From positions 8,547,870-8,611,627 of the forward strand of contig NC_081396.1 in assembly GCF_030684315.1 (NCBI RefSeq): a stretch of 63,758 nucleotides of DNA. The letters are read 5' to 3'. Below, piece by piece: positions 35,187-47,195 of the stretch (position 1 is the first letter of the stretch; each line of letters opens with the position of its first letter). The translations under genes were made by a program, and so were the position numbers. Origin of the DNA: Stegostoma tigrinum. Taxonomy: Eukaryota. The notes below the pieces were generated by a model, which saw nothing but the letters and a program-made list of their open reading frames with translations, was not told the origin of the DNA and did not search any database.

Positions 35187-36808
35187 GGATAGGAGGAACT
35201 GCAGATGCTGGAGAATCTGAGAGAACAAGGTGTAGAGTGGGATGAACACAGCAGGCTGAGCAGCAGGAGAGCTGACGTTTCAGGCCTAGACCCTTCTTCA
35301 GAAATGGGGGAGGGGAAGGGGGTTCTGAAATAAATAGGGAGAGAGGGGGAGGCGGATAGAAGATGGATGGAGGAGAAGGTAGGTGGAGAGGAGACAGACC
35401 GGTTAAAGAGGCGGGATGAGGTTAGTAGATCGGAGATGGGGACGGGGCTTTAGGTGGGAGGAAGGACAGGTTAGGGAGGCAGGGACGAGTTGGGCTGGTT
35501 TTGGAATGCAGTAGGGGGAGGGGAGATTTTGAAGCTCGTGAAGTCCACATTTGTACCATTGGGCTGCAGGGTTCCCAAGCGGAATATGCGTTGCTGTTCC
35601 TGCAACCTTTGGGTAGCATTGTTGTGGCACTGCAGGAGGCCCAGGATGGACATGTGGTCTATGGGATGGGAGAGAAATGTTTCGCGACTGGGAGGTGCAG
35701 TTGTTTAGTGCGAACTGAGCGTAGGTGTTCTGCAAAGCGGTCCCCAAGCGTTTGGTTTCCCCAATGTAGAGGTAGCGCAACGGGAACAGCAGATGCAGTA
35801 TACCACATTGGCAGATGTGCAGGTGAACATCTGCTTGATGTGGAAAGTCTTCTTGGGGCCTGGGATGGAAGTGAGGGAGGAGGTGCGGGGGCAAGTGTAG
35901 CACATCCTGCAGATGCAGGGGTAAGTGCCGGGTGTGGTGGGGTTGGAGGGGAGTGTGGAGCGGACAAGGAAGTCACGGAAATATCGTCCCTCTGGAAGGC
36001 AGATAAGGGTAGGGAGGGAAAAATGTCTTAGGTGGTGGGGTCGGATTGCAGATGGTGGAAGTGTCGGAGGATAATGCATTGGATCGGGAAGTTGGTGGGG
36101 TGGTCCGTGAGGATGAGGGGAATTCTGTTTTAGTTTTTACAGTGGGGAGGGGGTGTGAGGGATGAGTTACGGGAAACGCGGGTGACACGGTCGAGGGCAT
36201 TCTCCACTACTCGGGGTGGGGAGGTGGCGTTGCGGTCCTTGGAAAATGAGGACATCTGAGATGTATGGGATTGCAATGCCTCATCCTGGGAGCAGATGCA
36301 GCAGCGGCGAAGGAATTGGGAAGAGGGAATGGCATTTTTGCAGGAAGGTGAGTGGGAGGAGGTATCCTTCACAAGCTTCAAAATCTCCCCTTCCCCTACC
36401 GCATCTCAAAACCAGCCCAGCTCGTCGCCGCATCCCTAACCTGTCCTTCCTCCCACCTACGCCTTCCTCTCACCTCAAGACCCACCCCCATCTCCTACCC
36501 ACTAACCTCATCCTGCCCCCCGCCCCCGACCTGTCCATCCTCCCTGGACTGACCTATCTTCTCCCTACCACCCCACCTACACTCACTCTTACTGGCTCCA
36601 TCCCTGCCTCTTTGACTGGTCTATCTCCTCTCCACCTATCTTCTCCTCTATCCAACTTCTATCCGCCTCCCCCGTCTCCCTATTTATTTCAGAACCCCCT
36701 TCCTTATCCCCATTTCTGAAGAAGTGTCTAGGCCTGAAATGTCAGCTCTCCTGCTGTATGATACTGCTTGGCCTGCTGTGTTCGTCCAGCTCTACACCTC
36801 GTCTTGTT
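35187..36808 (-). mobile_element. Penelope-like element (RT C-terminus plus GIY-YIG) with inverted pLTR copy
   Basis: Frameshifted CKNAIPSSQFLR..CICS, FTCTSANVVYCICC, LYIGETK and RFAEHLRSV. 35225-35550 and 36367-36805 are inverted repeats. Hammerhead cores at 35274-35301 (-) and 36716-36743 (+). Confidence 0.9.
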
Positions 36809-37189
36809 TCAGTCCTTGTTTAGTTGTAGTTAATATACATTCCCACCCCTTTAGGCACATACATGTCTTCTATCTCTGTCTCTTTTCACAGAGGCAAGCC
36901 CAGGCTGCTTGAGCCAGTTGGGTTTTTGTGAAAATCCCAATCATTTCATAGTCCCCTTTAACTTGATGGTGACGCATAAGTGGGTTCAGAGTGGAGACAG
37001 GCCGTTCACTTTAACTTCATTCAAATCAAGTTCACAACCTACATTTTGTGTTTTTCTTTGGGCTTTGTCTCACTTTTTTCTGTTCAAAATCAATTTCACA
37101 GGAAATTAGAAAGTGACTGAACCCAAACACTACATCAGCATTTGATGAACTTATTCAATTTGCTGCACTTCAATCATCAGGTGATGAAC

Positions 37190-39232
37190 ATGGAAAGAAA
37201 AGACACCATCCACAGTGCAGAGAAACCGTACATGTGTTCACTATGTGGACAGGGTTTCAGCCGATCATCTGGCCTGTCAAAACACAAGCACAGTCATACT
37301 GGGGAGAAACCGTGGAAATGTGGGCACTGCGGGAAGGGATTCAGCTACCCTTCAGAGCTGGAAACTCACCAGCGCAGTCACACTGGGGAGAGGCCATTCA
37401 CCTGCTCTGAATGCGGGAAAGGATTCATTCGGTCCTCCCACTTGATGAGACACCAGCGCACTCACACTGGGGAGGGACCATTCATCTGCTCTGAGTGCGG
37501 AGAGAAATTCACTCTGCATTCCAACTTCATGATTCACTGCCAAATTCATAGCGGAAAAATACCTTTCACCTACTCTGTGGATGGGCAGCCATTCATTGAT
37601 TCATCTACCCTGCAAAACCAACGTGTTCACACTTTTGAGAGACCTTTCAAATGTCAAGGCTGTGGGGTGTGCTGTCAAAGTTCTGTGGAACTGATGGCCC
37701 ATCAGCAGGTCCACACTGATAAAAGACCATTCAGATGCTCTTACTGTGGGACTGGGTTCAAACACTCATCTCAACTCATCGTACATGAGCGCCTTCACAC
37801 TGGGGAGAGACCTTTTAAATGCACAGACTGCGGGAAGTGCTACAAAAGTTCTGGGGAACTGATGTCCCATCAACGGGTTCACACTGACGAGAGACCGTTC
37901 AGATGCTTGCATTGTGGGACCGGCTTCAAGCACTCATCTCAACTCACTGCACACCAGCGAATTCACACGGGAGAGAGGCCATTCACCTGCTCTGAGTGTG
38001 GGAAGGGATTTGCTCAATCAGCTGATCTGCTGACTCACCAGCGGGTTCATACGGGGGAGAGGCCTTTCACATGCTCTGAGTGTGGGAAAGGATTCACTCG
38101 CTCCTCACATCTGGTGACACACCAGCGGGTTCACACTGGGGAGCGGCCGTTCACCTGCTCTGAGTGTGGGAAGAAATTCACTCAGCTCGCCCACCTGCTG
38201 ACTCACCAGCGAGTTCACAATGGAGAGAGACCTTTTCAGTGCCCAGACTGTGGGAAGTGCTACAAAAGCTCTTGGGAACTCATGTCCCATCAACGTATTC
38301 ATTCTGATGAGAAACCATTCAGGTGCTCTCATTGTGGAATAGGGTTCAAGCGGTCATCTCAACTCACTGTACACCAGCGAGTTCACACCGACAAGAGACC
38401 GTTTAAATGTCCTGACTGTGGGAAGTGCTACAAAAGTTCTGCAGAACTGATGTCCCATCAACGTGTTCACACTGACGAGAGACCTTTCAGATGTTCTCAC
38501 TGCGGAGCTGGCTTCAAGCACTCATCTCAACTCACTGTCCACCAACGAATTCACACTGGGGAGAGGCCTTTTAAGTGTACCGACTGTGGGAAGTGTTTCA
38601 ACAGGGCTGATGGACTTACATCCCATCGACGTGTTCACACTGACGAGAGGCCATTTAGATGCTCTGACTGTGGGACTGGGTTCAAGCGTTCATCTCAACT
38701 CATTGTCCACCAGCGAATTCACACCGGGGAGAAACCATTCACCTGCTCTGAGTGTGGGAAAGGATTCACCCGGTCATCGCACCTGCTGACTCACCAACGA
38801 GTTCACACTGGGGAGAGGCCTTTCTCCTGCTCCGAGTGTGGGAAAACATTCACTCAGTCATGCCACCTGCTGACACACCAGCGGGTTCACACTGATGAGA
38901 GACCATTCATCTGCACCTACTGTGGAAAGAGTTTCAGGCACTCAGGCAGTGTCAACGAACACCAGCGAATCCATACAGGGGACAAGCCATTTCTCTGTTC
39001 CAAATGTGGGAAGGGATTCACTCAGTTATCTCATTTGCTGACACACCAGCGGGTTCACACTGATGAGAGACCCTTCGTCTGCCCTCGCTGTGGAAGGAGT
39101 TTCAGGCATTCCAGTAGCCTCATTTCACACCAGCGAGTTCACACCGGGGAGCAGCCGTTCACCTGCTCTGAGTGTGGAAAGGGATTCACGCAGTCAGCAA
39201 ACCTGGTGATCCACCAGCAAGTTCATAAGTGA
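37190..39232 (+). CDS. C2H2 zinc-finger protein, 24 repeats, 23 canonical (ZNF-5)
   Basis: Acceptor at 37100-37101. Family ATG at 37190, with in-frame ATGs also at 37145 and 37184. Repeat 5 is degenerate. Confidence 0.93.
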   Translation: MERKDTIHSAEKPYMCSLCGQGFSRSSGLSKHKHSHTGEKPWKCGHCGKGFSYPSELETHQRSHTGERPFTCSECGKGFIRSSHLMRHQRTHTGEGPFICSECGEKFTLHSNFMIHCQIHSGKIPFTYSVDGQPFIDSSTLQNQRVHTFERPFKCQGCGVCCQSSVELMAHQQVHTDKRPFRCSYCGTGFKHSSQLIVHERLHTGERPFKCTDCGKCYKSSGELMSHQRVHTDERPFRCLHCGTGFKHSSQLTAHQRIHTGERPFTCSECGKGFAQSADLLTHQRVHTGERPFTCSECGKGFTRSSHLVTHQRVHTGERPFTCSECGKKFTQLAHLLTHQRVHNGERPFQCPDCGKCYKSSWELMSHQRIHSDEKPFRCSHCGIGFKRSSQLTVHQRVHTDKRPFKCPDCGKCYKSSAELMSHQRVHTDERPFRCSHCGAGFKHSSQLTVHQRIHTGERPFKCTDCGKCFNRADGLTSHRRVHTDERPFRCSDCGTGFKRSSQLIVHQRIHTGEKPFTCSECGKGFTRSSHLLTHQRVHTGERPFSCSECGKTFTQSCHLLTHQRVHTDERPFICTYCGKSFRHSGSVNEHQRIHTGDKPFLCSKCGKGFTQLSHLLTHQRVHTDERPFVCPRCGRSFRHSSSLISHQRVHTGEQPFTCSECGKGFTQSANLVIHQQVHK

Positions 39233-39711
39233 CCATGGGTTGGATTCTCCTGTCAGTACAGCTGTTAGTCGCATCCTGGACTGGCCCATACTACTCTGAT
39301 ATTTGCTGTTTGTGTCTGCTGATGATGTTAATGGTCCCTGGAGTTTAATATTCTGGATCTATAGCTGTTTTCCTCAGCATGCAGTTTCCTTTTGGGAACT
39401 GCTGTCTGTCTTCTGTCCCCTTAGTTCAAGAAATCTCATCAGAATATAGATTAGAATAATATTCCATTCCAAATCTCTACATGTTAGTGTCTGCAAGGTG
39501 CCATTGATTAAAACTTACAGCGAGGAAAGTGCAGATGAATATTTGTTGACAATTCTTACAGTGCTCTACACACTTGCCCCTCCATCATCCACCAGAAGAA
39601 GGGGATGTAGAAATTGGGTGAGAATCAAGGGTCTCCAAATATTACCTTTCAGCCTGGTACAGATGTCCAGTCAGCTCATGAATGGAGACAAGTGCAATCT
39701 ACTTAGTCTGA

Positions 39712-40720
39712 TACTGACAAGAGACCTTTTAAATGTCCTAATTGAAAAATGTGCTTGATAAGTACGGGGGAACTAATGACCCAGCAATGTATTCACACTG
39801 ATGAGAGACCATTTTAGATGCTCTGATTGTGGGACTGGGTTTAGGTGGTCATCTAAACTCACTGTTCACCAGTGAGTACACTGGGGAGAGACTATTCATA
39901 TGCCCTTGAGTGGGGGAAAGGATTCACTCAGTCATCCCACTTGCTGACACCCAAGTGGTTCACAGTGGAGAGAGGCTGTAGACATGCTGTGAGTGTGGGA
40001 AGAGTTTCAATTGATCGTCACATTTGCTGAGGCACCAGGGAGATTGCAACTACTTTTTTTTCTTTATTCAGTCATGGGATGAGGGCATCGCTGGCCAGGC
40101 AGCATCTGTTGCCCATCCTTAATTGTCTCAAGGGCAGTTTAGAGTCAACCACATTGCTGTGGGTCTAGAATCACATGTACGCCAGACCAGGTAAGGATGG
40201 TAGTTTCCTTCCCTAAAGGACATTAGTGAGCCAGATGGGATTTTCTGACCACCGACAATGGGTTCGTGGTCATCATTAGATTCTTAATTCCAGATATTTG
40301 ATTGAATTCAAATTCCACCATCTGCCCTGCGGGTTTTGAACCTGAGTCCCCAGAACATTATCTGGATCTCTGCATTAATAGTCCAGCGATAATTGATAGG
40401 ATTCTTCTGTTAATCACACCCAGGAGTGAACAATGTTCAATGGAATCTGTTTCTGTTGATTTTAATGAAATCTAGCTAAGTTAAATAACCCAGTATTCTG
40501 GATAGAAATCAAATAAATCAGCTTTGTGTAAGACACAATGTCTTGTCTCTTTTTAATGTCTCTAATACACTTCTGAAGGGCTGTCCATCTCCTCGACCAA
40601 TTCATCCTCATCTCAAATCTGCTTCCATTCCCAAATGCTGAATGTATATTTTCTTTCATTTTCTCTCCTTTTGTGCCTTGTGTCACTTCAAAGCTCATTT
40701 TATCCATGAGACCCACCTAC
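39712..40720 (+). pseudogene. Duplicated 3' end of ZNF-4 (last four fingers plus 3'UTR), decayed
   Basis: Colinear with 32029-32685. Carries stops and frameshifts, a SINE at 40055-40392 and AATAAA at 40512. Confidence 0.9.
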
Positions 40721-40949
40721 TGCTCTCTTCATGCAATAATGGAGAGACTGTGTCAGATCTTGACCTGGCGTTTGGTTTGAGTTGTAGCTGGCGTTGATAA
40801 AACTCTCCATAGGCAGTACCTCAAATCTGTAAATCGCCATCCCACGCACACACTCTCCTCTCTGGGCTGAGATCCCAATTAAGTGCTGGATACTTCAACA
40901 ACTTGGTCCAGTTGAGACAATATTCCAAACCAATATTATGCATTATTAC

Positions 40950-41450
40950 CGCACAATGATGCTAGGCTGATTGACGACGGATCCGGACCAATAGGGAGAT
41001 GGGGGCAGGTCTGGAGGACCGATGTGAACGGGTGGTCCTCCAACCAATCAGTGTTAGAGGGGTATTTGAGACGGGATGTGTCGTGTAACCAATACAGTGT
41101 ATACTCCTGCGCAGGCGCGTTATGATCTTTACATGGAGTGTGAACGAGAGTGGGAGATGGAGAAAGTAGAAGAGGGAGGATACCGGGAGAGAAATGTAAT
41201 CAGTGTTGACTGGAAAGTTTCACATACACCCGGTGTAGGCCACCAGATCCGAATTAAAACCGCTGTGCTGTTCGTTTGCAACAAAACGGGTCCCATTCTG
41301 AGAGAAGCCCGGGTTAGTCCCGCCATCTTTATTGGGGGCAATTTTCTTCGGGATGTATGCACGGACGCCATATTCGTGGGGGGCCGCTTTGCATTCGGGC
41401 GCATGCGCAGGCTTCGTGGCACGCCGTCAGCTGTGGAAGGTTTACACAAG
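40950..41450 (+). promoter_or_regulatory. Duplicated ZNF-5 promoter
   Basis: TGATTGAC 40968, CCAAT 40988, twin elements at 41322 and 41367, perfect GCGCATGCGC at ~41399. Confidence 0.8.
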
Positions 41451-41520
41451 AGAAACCAAGATAAACATTGATCTCTTAATTTTGAATCTTGGCCTGATTA
41501 CAGTGCATTCTGTTTAACAG

Positions 41521-41590
41521 AATTTGAAGACATGAGACTCAAACGAAGCATCGCATCAAGATCTGACATATACTGGAGTCATAAGGACGC
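41521..41590 (+). other. Non-coding 5' exon of the ZNF-5 duplicate
   Basis: ttaacAG...aggacgc|GTATGT. Confidence 0.65.
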
Positions 41591-42471
41591 GTATGTTTGT
41601 CATTTTGTTTTGTGGTGAGAGGTTCACTGGGCATGGAAAGGGCAGGTCATGAAGGGATTTTTAAACAGAATTTGAGAATTTAAGTTCTTAACAGACAGAT
41701 GCAGGTCTTTGAGGAAAATGGTGATGGGTATGCCGATGGGACTTGGAGCGGAGCGCATAGATTCCAGAGATTTAAGGTAATCACTGACTTCTGAGGGCTT
41801 GAATGTAGGAGGCTAAGCAGGACTTTATTTGAGCAGTGCAATATGGAAGGAACAAATGAATGGACAAGAGTTTCAGAAGATCAGCTAAGAGGATCAGTGG
41901 GCAAGTTGAGCGGTGTTACTTAGATGAAAACCTGAGGTCTTGGAGATGGTAAAGATATTTAACCATGGAACTGCACGAGCGAAATATGATACCATTGCTG
42001 CAGGCTCCTGGTTCGGTATAAGACAATTGGCAGGGAGTTAATTGGAGTCAGTGGTAAAGGAATGAGATTTATAGCACGCACTGAAGATAATGTCTTCAGA
42101 CTCCCTAATATAAAAATCGGGGAGGTTTATTCTCACCCTGTACTGAATGTCAGACAAGTCAGTTGTAGTCTTTTACTCACATCCACCTCTACCATCTCTT
42201 TCCCCTTTCACAGAGGCCAGCCCAGGTTGCATGAACCAATTGGGTATTTGTGACGATCCAGTACATTTCATGGTCACTTTTAACTTGCATTAGCTGCACA
42301 AATTTCCATTTTCATTCAGCTCAATTTCACAACCTACATTTTGTGTTTTTTTGGGGTTTTCTCACACTTCCTTTTCCTGTTCAAAATCAATTTCACAGGA
42401 TATTAGAAGGTGACTGAAACCAAACACCACATTCAATCCAATTTGCTGCATTTAAAAATCATCAGGTTATC

Positions 42472-43935
42472 ATGGAAAGAAATGACACCATCCACAGTGC
42501 AGAGAAACCGCACATGTGCTCTCTATGTGGGCAGGGTTTCAGCTGATCATCTGGCCTGTCAAAACACAAGCACAGTCAAACTGGGGAGAAACCGTGGAAA
42601 TGTGGGCACTGCGGGAAGGGATTCAGCTACCCTTCAAAGCTGGAAACTCACCAGTGCAGTCACACTGGGGAGAGGCCATTCACCTGCTCTGAATGCGGGA
42701 AAGGATTCATTCGGTCCTCCCACTTGATGAGACACCAGCGCACTCACACTGGGGAGGGACCATTCGTCTGCTCTGAGTGCGGAGAGAAATTCACTCTGCA
42801 TTCCAACTTCATGATTCACTGCCAAATTCATAGCGGAAAAATACCTTTCACCTGCCCTGTGGATGGGCAGCCATGCATTGATTCATCTACCCTGCAAAAC
42901 CAACGTGTTCACACTTTTGAGAGACCTTTCAAATGTCAAGGCTGTGGGGTGTGCTGTCAAAGTTCTGTGGAACTGATGGCCCATCAGCAGGTCCACACTG
43001 ATAAAAGACCATTCAGATGCTCTTACTGCGGGACTGGGTTCAAACACTCGTCTCAACTCATCGTACATGAGCGCCTTCACACTGGGGAGAGACCTTTTAA
43101 ATGCACAGACTGCGGGAAGTGCTACAAAAGTTCTGGGGAACTGATGTCCCATCAACGGGTTCACACTGACGAGAGACCGTTCAGATGCTTGCATTGTGGG
43201 ACCGGCTTCAAGCACTCATCTCAACTCACTGCACACCAGCGAATTCACACGGGAGAGAGGCCATTCACCTGCTCTGAGTGTGGGAAGGGATTTGCTCAAT
43301 CAGCTGATCTGCTGACTCACCAGCGGGTTCATACGGGGGAGAGGCCTTTCACATGCTCTGAGTGTGGGAAAGGATTCACTCGCTCCTCACACCTGGTGAC
43401 ACACCAGCGGGTTCACACTGGGGAGTGGCCGTTCACCTGCTCTGAATGTGGGAAGAAATTTACTCAGCTCGCCCACCTGCTGACTCACCAGCGAGTTCAC
43501 AATGGAGAGAGACTTTTTCAGTGCGCAGACTGTGGGAAGTGCTACAAAAGCTCTTGGGAACTCATGTCCCATCAACGTATTCACTACGATGAGAAACCGT
43601 TCAGGTGCTCTCATTGTGGAATAGAGTTCAAGCGGTCATCTCAACTCACTGCACACCAGCGAGTTCACACCGACAAGAGACCCTTTAAATGTCCTGATTG
43701 TGGGAAGTTTTTCAACAGGACTGATGGACTGGCATCCCATCGAGTCAGCACCTGCTGATTCACCAGTGAGTTCACACTGATGAGAGACCCTTCATCTGCC
43801 CTCGCTGTGGAAGGAGTTTCAGGCATTCAGGTAGCCTCATTTCACACCAGTGAGCAGCTGTTCATCTGCTCTGTGTGTGGAAAAGAATTTATGCAGTCAG
43901 CAAACCTGGTGATCCACCAGTGAGTTTACGAGTGA
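42472..43935 (+). pseudogene. ZNF-5 duplicate with early nonsense codon and 3' deletions
   Basis: Family ATG at 42472 meets TGA at 42544 (CGA in ZNF-5). The frame then stays open to 43758 (next ATG 42727). The 3' part has deletions, a frameshift and CGA>TGA changes. Confidence 0.85.
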
Positions 43936-44639
43936 TCATGGTTTGGATTCTTCTATTACTGCAACTAGTAGTCAAATCCAGGACTGATCCATATTATTTC
44001 TGATATTTATAGTTTGCTTTGATGATGTTAATGGTCCCTGGCATAGGCCAGAGTTTAATATTCTGCATCTATCGCTAACTGTTTTCCTTTGGCTGCAGTT
44101 TCCTTTTGAGAACTGCTGTCCACCTTCTATCCTCTTAGTTCAAGACATCTCATCAGAAAATCGATTTGATTAATATTCCATTAGAAATTTCTGCATTTTA
44201 ATGTCTGCAAGGTGCCATTGATTAAGACCTTCAGTGATAGAATGCAAATGAATATTTGTTGACAGTTCTTACTCTGTTCCACACACTGGCCTCTCTGTCA
44301 TCTGCCAGAAAGAAGGGATGTAGGAATTGAGTGAGAATCTAGATTCCCCAGATATTATCTTTCTGCCAGGTACAGAACTCCAGTCAGCTCAGGAATGGAG
44401 ACAAATGCAATCTGATCAATGGTTTGGAAGAACCCACTATCCAAAATGTTCACAAAATCTGTGAATATTTCTGCAATATTATAGAATTTATAGTTACAGT
44501 TTAAAGCATTTAATTATCTCAATTCTTAACTGAACTGCTGTTTCCTTACCAGTGCCTCCCAAACCATTTTCTAATGTGACCCCAAATTAAGAACGTGGTA
44601 TAGTGAAGAATGTTATCGAAGATTACTAAGATTAAGATC

Positions 44640-45545
44640 TCTTGGGTCAATGGGCTGAGGAGTGGCAGATGGAGTTTAATTTGGATAAATGTGTGGCAAT
44701 ACAAACATTGGCAGGACAGAAACAATTCATTGTAGATCCCTGGATAGTGCTCCAGAACAGAGAGATCGAGGCATTCAGGTGCATAATTCTTTGAAATTTG
44801 CGCCACAGGGTGGTCAAGAAGGCATTTAGCATGCGTGCCTTCATTGCTCAATCCTTAAGTATTGGAGTTGGGATGTCATGTTGAGATTGTACAGGATGTT
44901 GGTGAGGCCTCTTCTGGAGTACTGTGTGCGGCTCTGGTTGCTGTGTTACAGCAAGGATATTGCTAAACTGGAGAAAGTCAGAAAAGATTTACCAGCATGT
45001 TGCCGGGAATGGAAGGTTTGAATTATAAAAATAAGCTGGGACTTCTTTCACTGGAGCGTTGGAGTATAATTCTGGTCACTGTTCTATCGGAAGGATAGTA
45101 CTAAACTTGAGAGGGTGCGAGAAAGAATTCGAAGGATGATGCAGGGACTGGAGGATTTGACTTATTGGGAGAGGCTGAATAGGCCAGAGTTTTTCTCCCT
45201 GGAGTGTCAGAGGCTGAGGGGCGAACTTATAGAGGTTTATAAAAACATGAGGGGCATAGGCAAAGGTCTTTTCCCTAAAGCGATGGAATTCAAAACTAGG
45301 GGGCATGTTTCTAAGGTGAGAGGAGGGCCAACCTTTTTACAGAGTGAGTAGTGTGGAATGAACTTCCAGAGAACGTGGTGGGTGTGGGTACAGTTACAAC
45401 GTTTAAAAGACATTTAGATAAGTAGATGAACAGAAAAGGTTTGGAGGGATATGGGCCAAATGCAGGCCGTTGGGACTAGTTTGGTTTGGGCACATGGTTG
45501 GACTGAAGGGGCTGTTTCCATGCTGCATAACTCTATGACTCTTAA
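44640..45545 (+). mobile_element. Two tandem CR1 3' fragments
   Basis: ttggtgaggcctcttctggagtactgtgtg; ORF 45115-45351 reads FSLECQRLRGELIEVYK. Confidence 0.85.
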
Positions 45546-45689
45546 ATAGCGTTCCCTCTCACGAAGAGTCCTTGCAGTGTAGGTTTCAGGCCGTCAGATG
45601 CAGGGGAGGCCTGTCATTTCTGCCAAGCACACATCTCTAGGACAGACTCCAAAAGAAAATTGTATTAAATGTTTTTTTCTTGTTTAGTT

Positions 45690-46140
45690 ATTTAATTTAG
45701 CATTGCTGGCATCTATTTCCCATCCCTAATTGCAATGGAGAAGAAGGTGGTGAGCTGTTGCCTTGAACTGCTGCAGTCCTTGGGGTGTAGGGACACCCAT
45801 GGTGTAGTTAGGGATGGGGAGCCAGGGTTTCGATCCCCTCGATAACGAATGAATGATGATATAATACCAAGTCAGGATGGTGTGTGGCATGGTGGGAAAT
45901 TTGTAGGTGGCGGAGTTCCCATTGCATCTGCTTCCATTGTACTTCTGCGTGGTAGTGATCACGGGTTTAGAATGTACTGTGGATGGTGCCGCAGTGTGTT
46001 TCTGCAGTGCATCTTGTAGGTGGTACACACCGCTGCCCCTGTGTGGATATTGAAGGAGTAGTGTGTGTGTGGTGCCAGCCAAGTGGGGCAACTTTGTCCT
46101 GGATGATGTCAAGCTTCCTTGATGGTGTCACCCATCCGTG
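45690..46140 (-). mobile_element. Second non-LTR family, 3' end
   Basis: RKLDIIQDK; same family as 11905-12300. Confidence 0.7.
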
Positions 46141-47024
46141 GTCCAAGTTCGTATAAAGATTCAGAAGACTCTTCGTCAAAAATAATCATTTTTAAAAGGA
46201 AAGACATTCCAAATTGATCGAGACTGACCAACCCCTGACCCCAACCAACTTTTCAGGGGCGACACCACCAGCAGCTACAGAGGCTAGGTGACCCTCTGCT
46301 TGTTCTCCAGGGTCAAGTAAACCTTGCCTGCCTCGAGCCATACGTTTTTCTTGTTTGTTTAGCTGTTACGTGGCATTTACTTTGTTGTTTCTCAACCAAC
46401 TACTTCCGGATCATGGACGAACTTGACTGTCAGTAAACTGTGATTCCAGGATTTACCGGCCTCTGTGTGCAGTTCTCGAGCTCATTTTATGTAAAAGAAA
46501 GACGCACGGTACGGGGCTCAGAGGAGATTTGGAATGGTGATCTGAGAAGTGTATGTGTTCACGGATCAGGAAAGAATTGAGAGGCTGGGTCCCTTTTCAC
46601 TGGCAAAGGACGATGACTTCACAGAGACCTTTAAAATGATCATCAGTTTCCTCTTGTGTGGAGCAGCGCAACTGAAGGCTGCCAACACACCGTAATCAAC
46701 AAGAAATCCAACTGAGGATTCAGAAGAATCTTCTGAAGTGGCAAGAAGGTGCTGGTAACTCATTACCACAAGAAGTGGTTAAAGTGAATGCTATTAAGGG
46801 GAATCTTGAAGTCAGGAGAAGTAAGGAAGAAGAAGTTTATTTGGAGTATTAAACTCAACATGGATTGGTTATGTCGAGTGGCCTGCTTTGTGTCATATAT
46901 CCAGTGTGATCAGACTCCTGAAGGGTCGAGCTTTAACCTCTGAACTGTGACCTATTCCTAGACTGCCTAACCACCACAAGTAAACTTCTAGTTCCCTGAA
47001 TGTGATTGTCTTTGGCAATAACAG

Positions 47025-47195
47025 TGGAATTAATCACATCCAGAACTGAACCCTGTTGATACTGTCAGTTTGGATTTATAATGACTGATGTCAATAATCC
47101 CAGTAGCTAGGCTGGAGTTTGATCTCTTGATGTCTGTTAAATAAACCAGCTTTATTTCAAACATACCAGGTCTGTTGAGTTCTTTATTTCCCCAG
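47025..47195 (+). other. Orphan ZNF 3'UTR/polyA module
   Basis: ttaatcacatccagaactgaacc...ggctggagttt...AATAAA(47140)ccagcttt matches the post-stop module of ZNF-2, ZNF-3 and ZNF-4. Confidence 0.6.

Noticed and set aside
37215-38789. Overlapping alternative-frame and antisense ORFs in finger arrays
   Set aside because: These are an expected by-product of the 84-bp repeat codon pattern. They are short and lack consistent starts.
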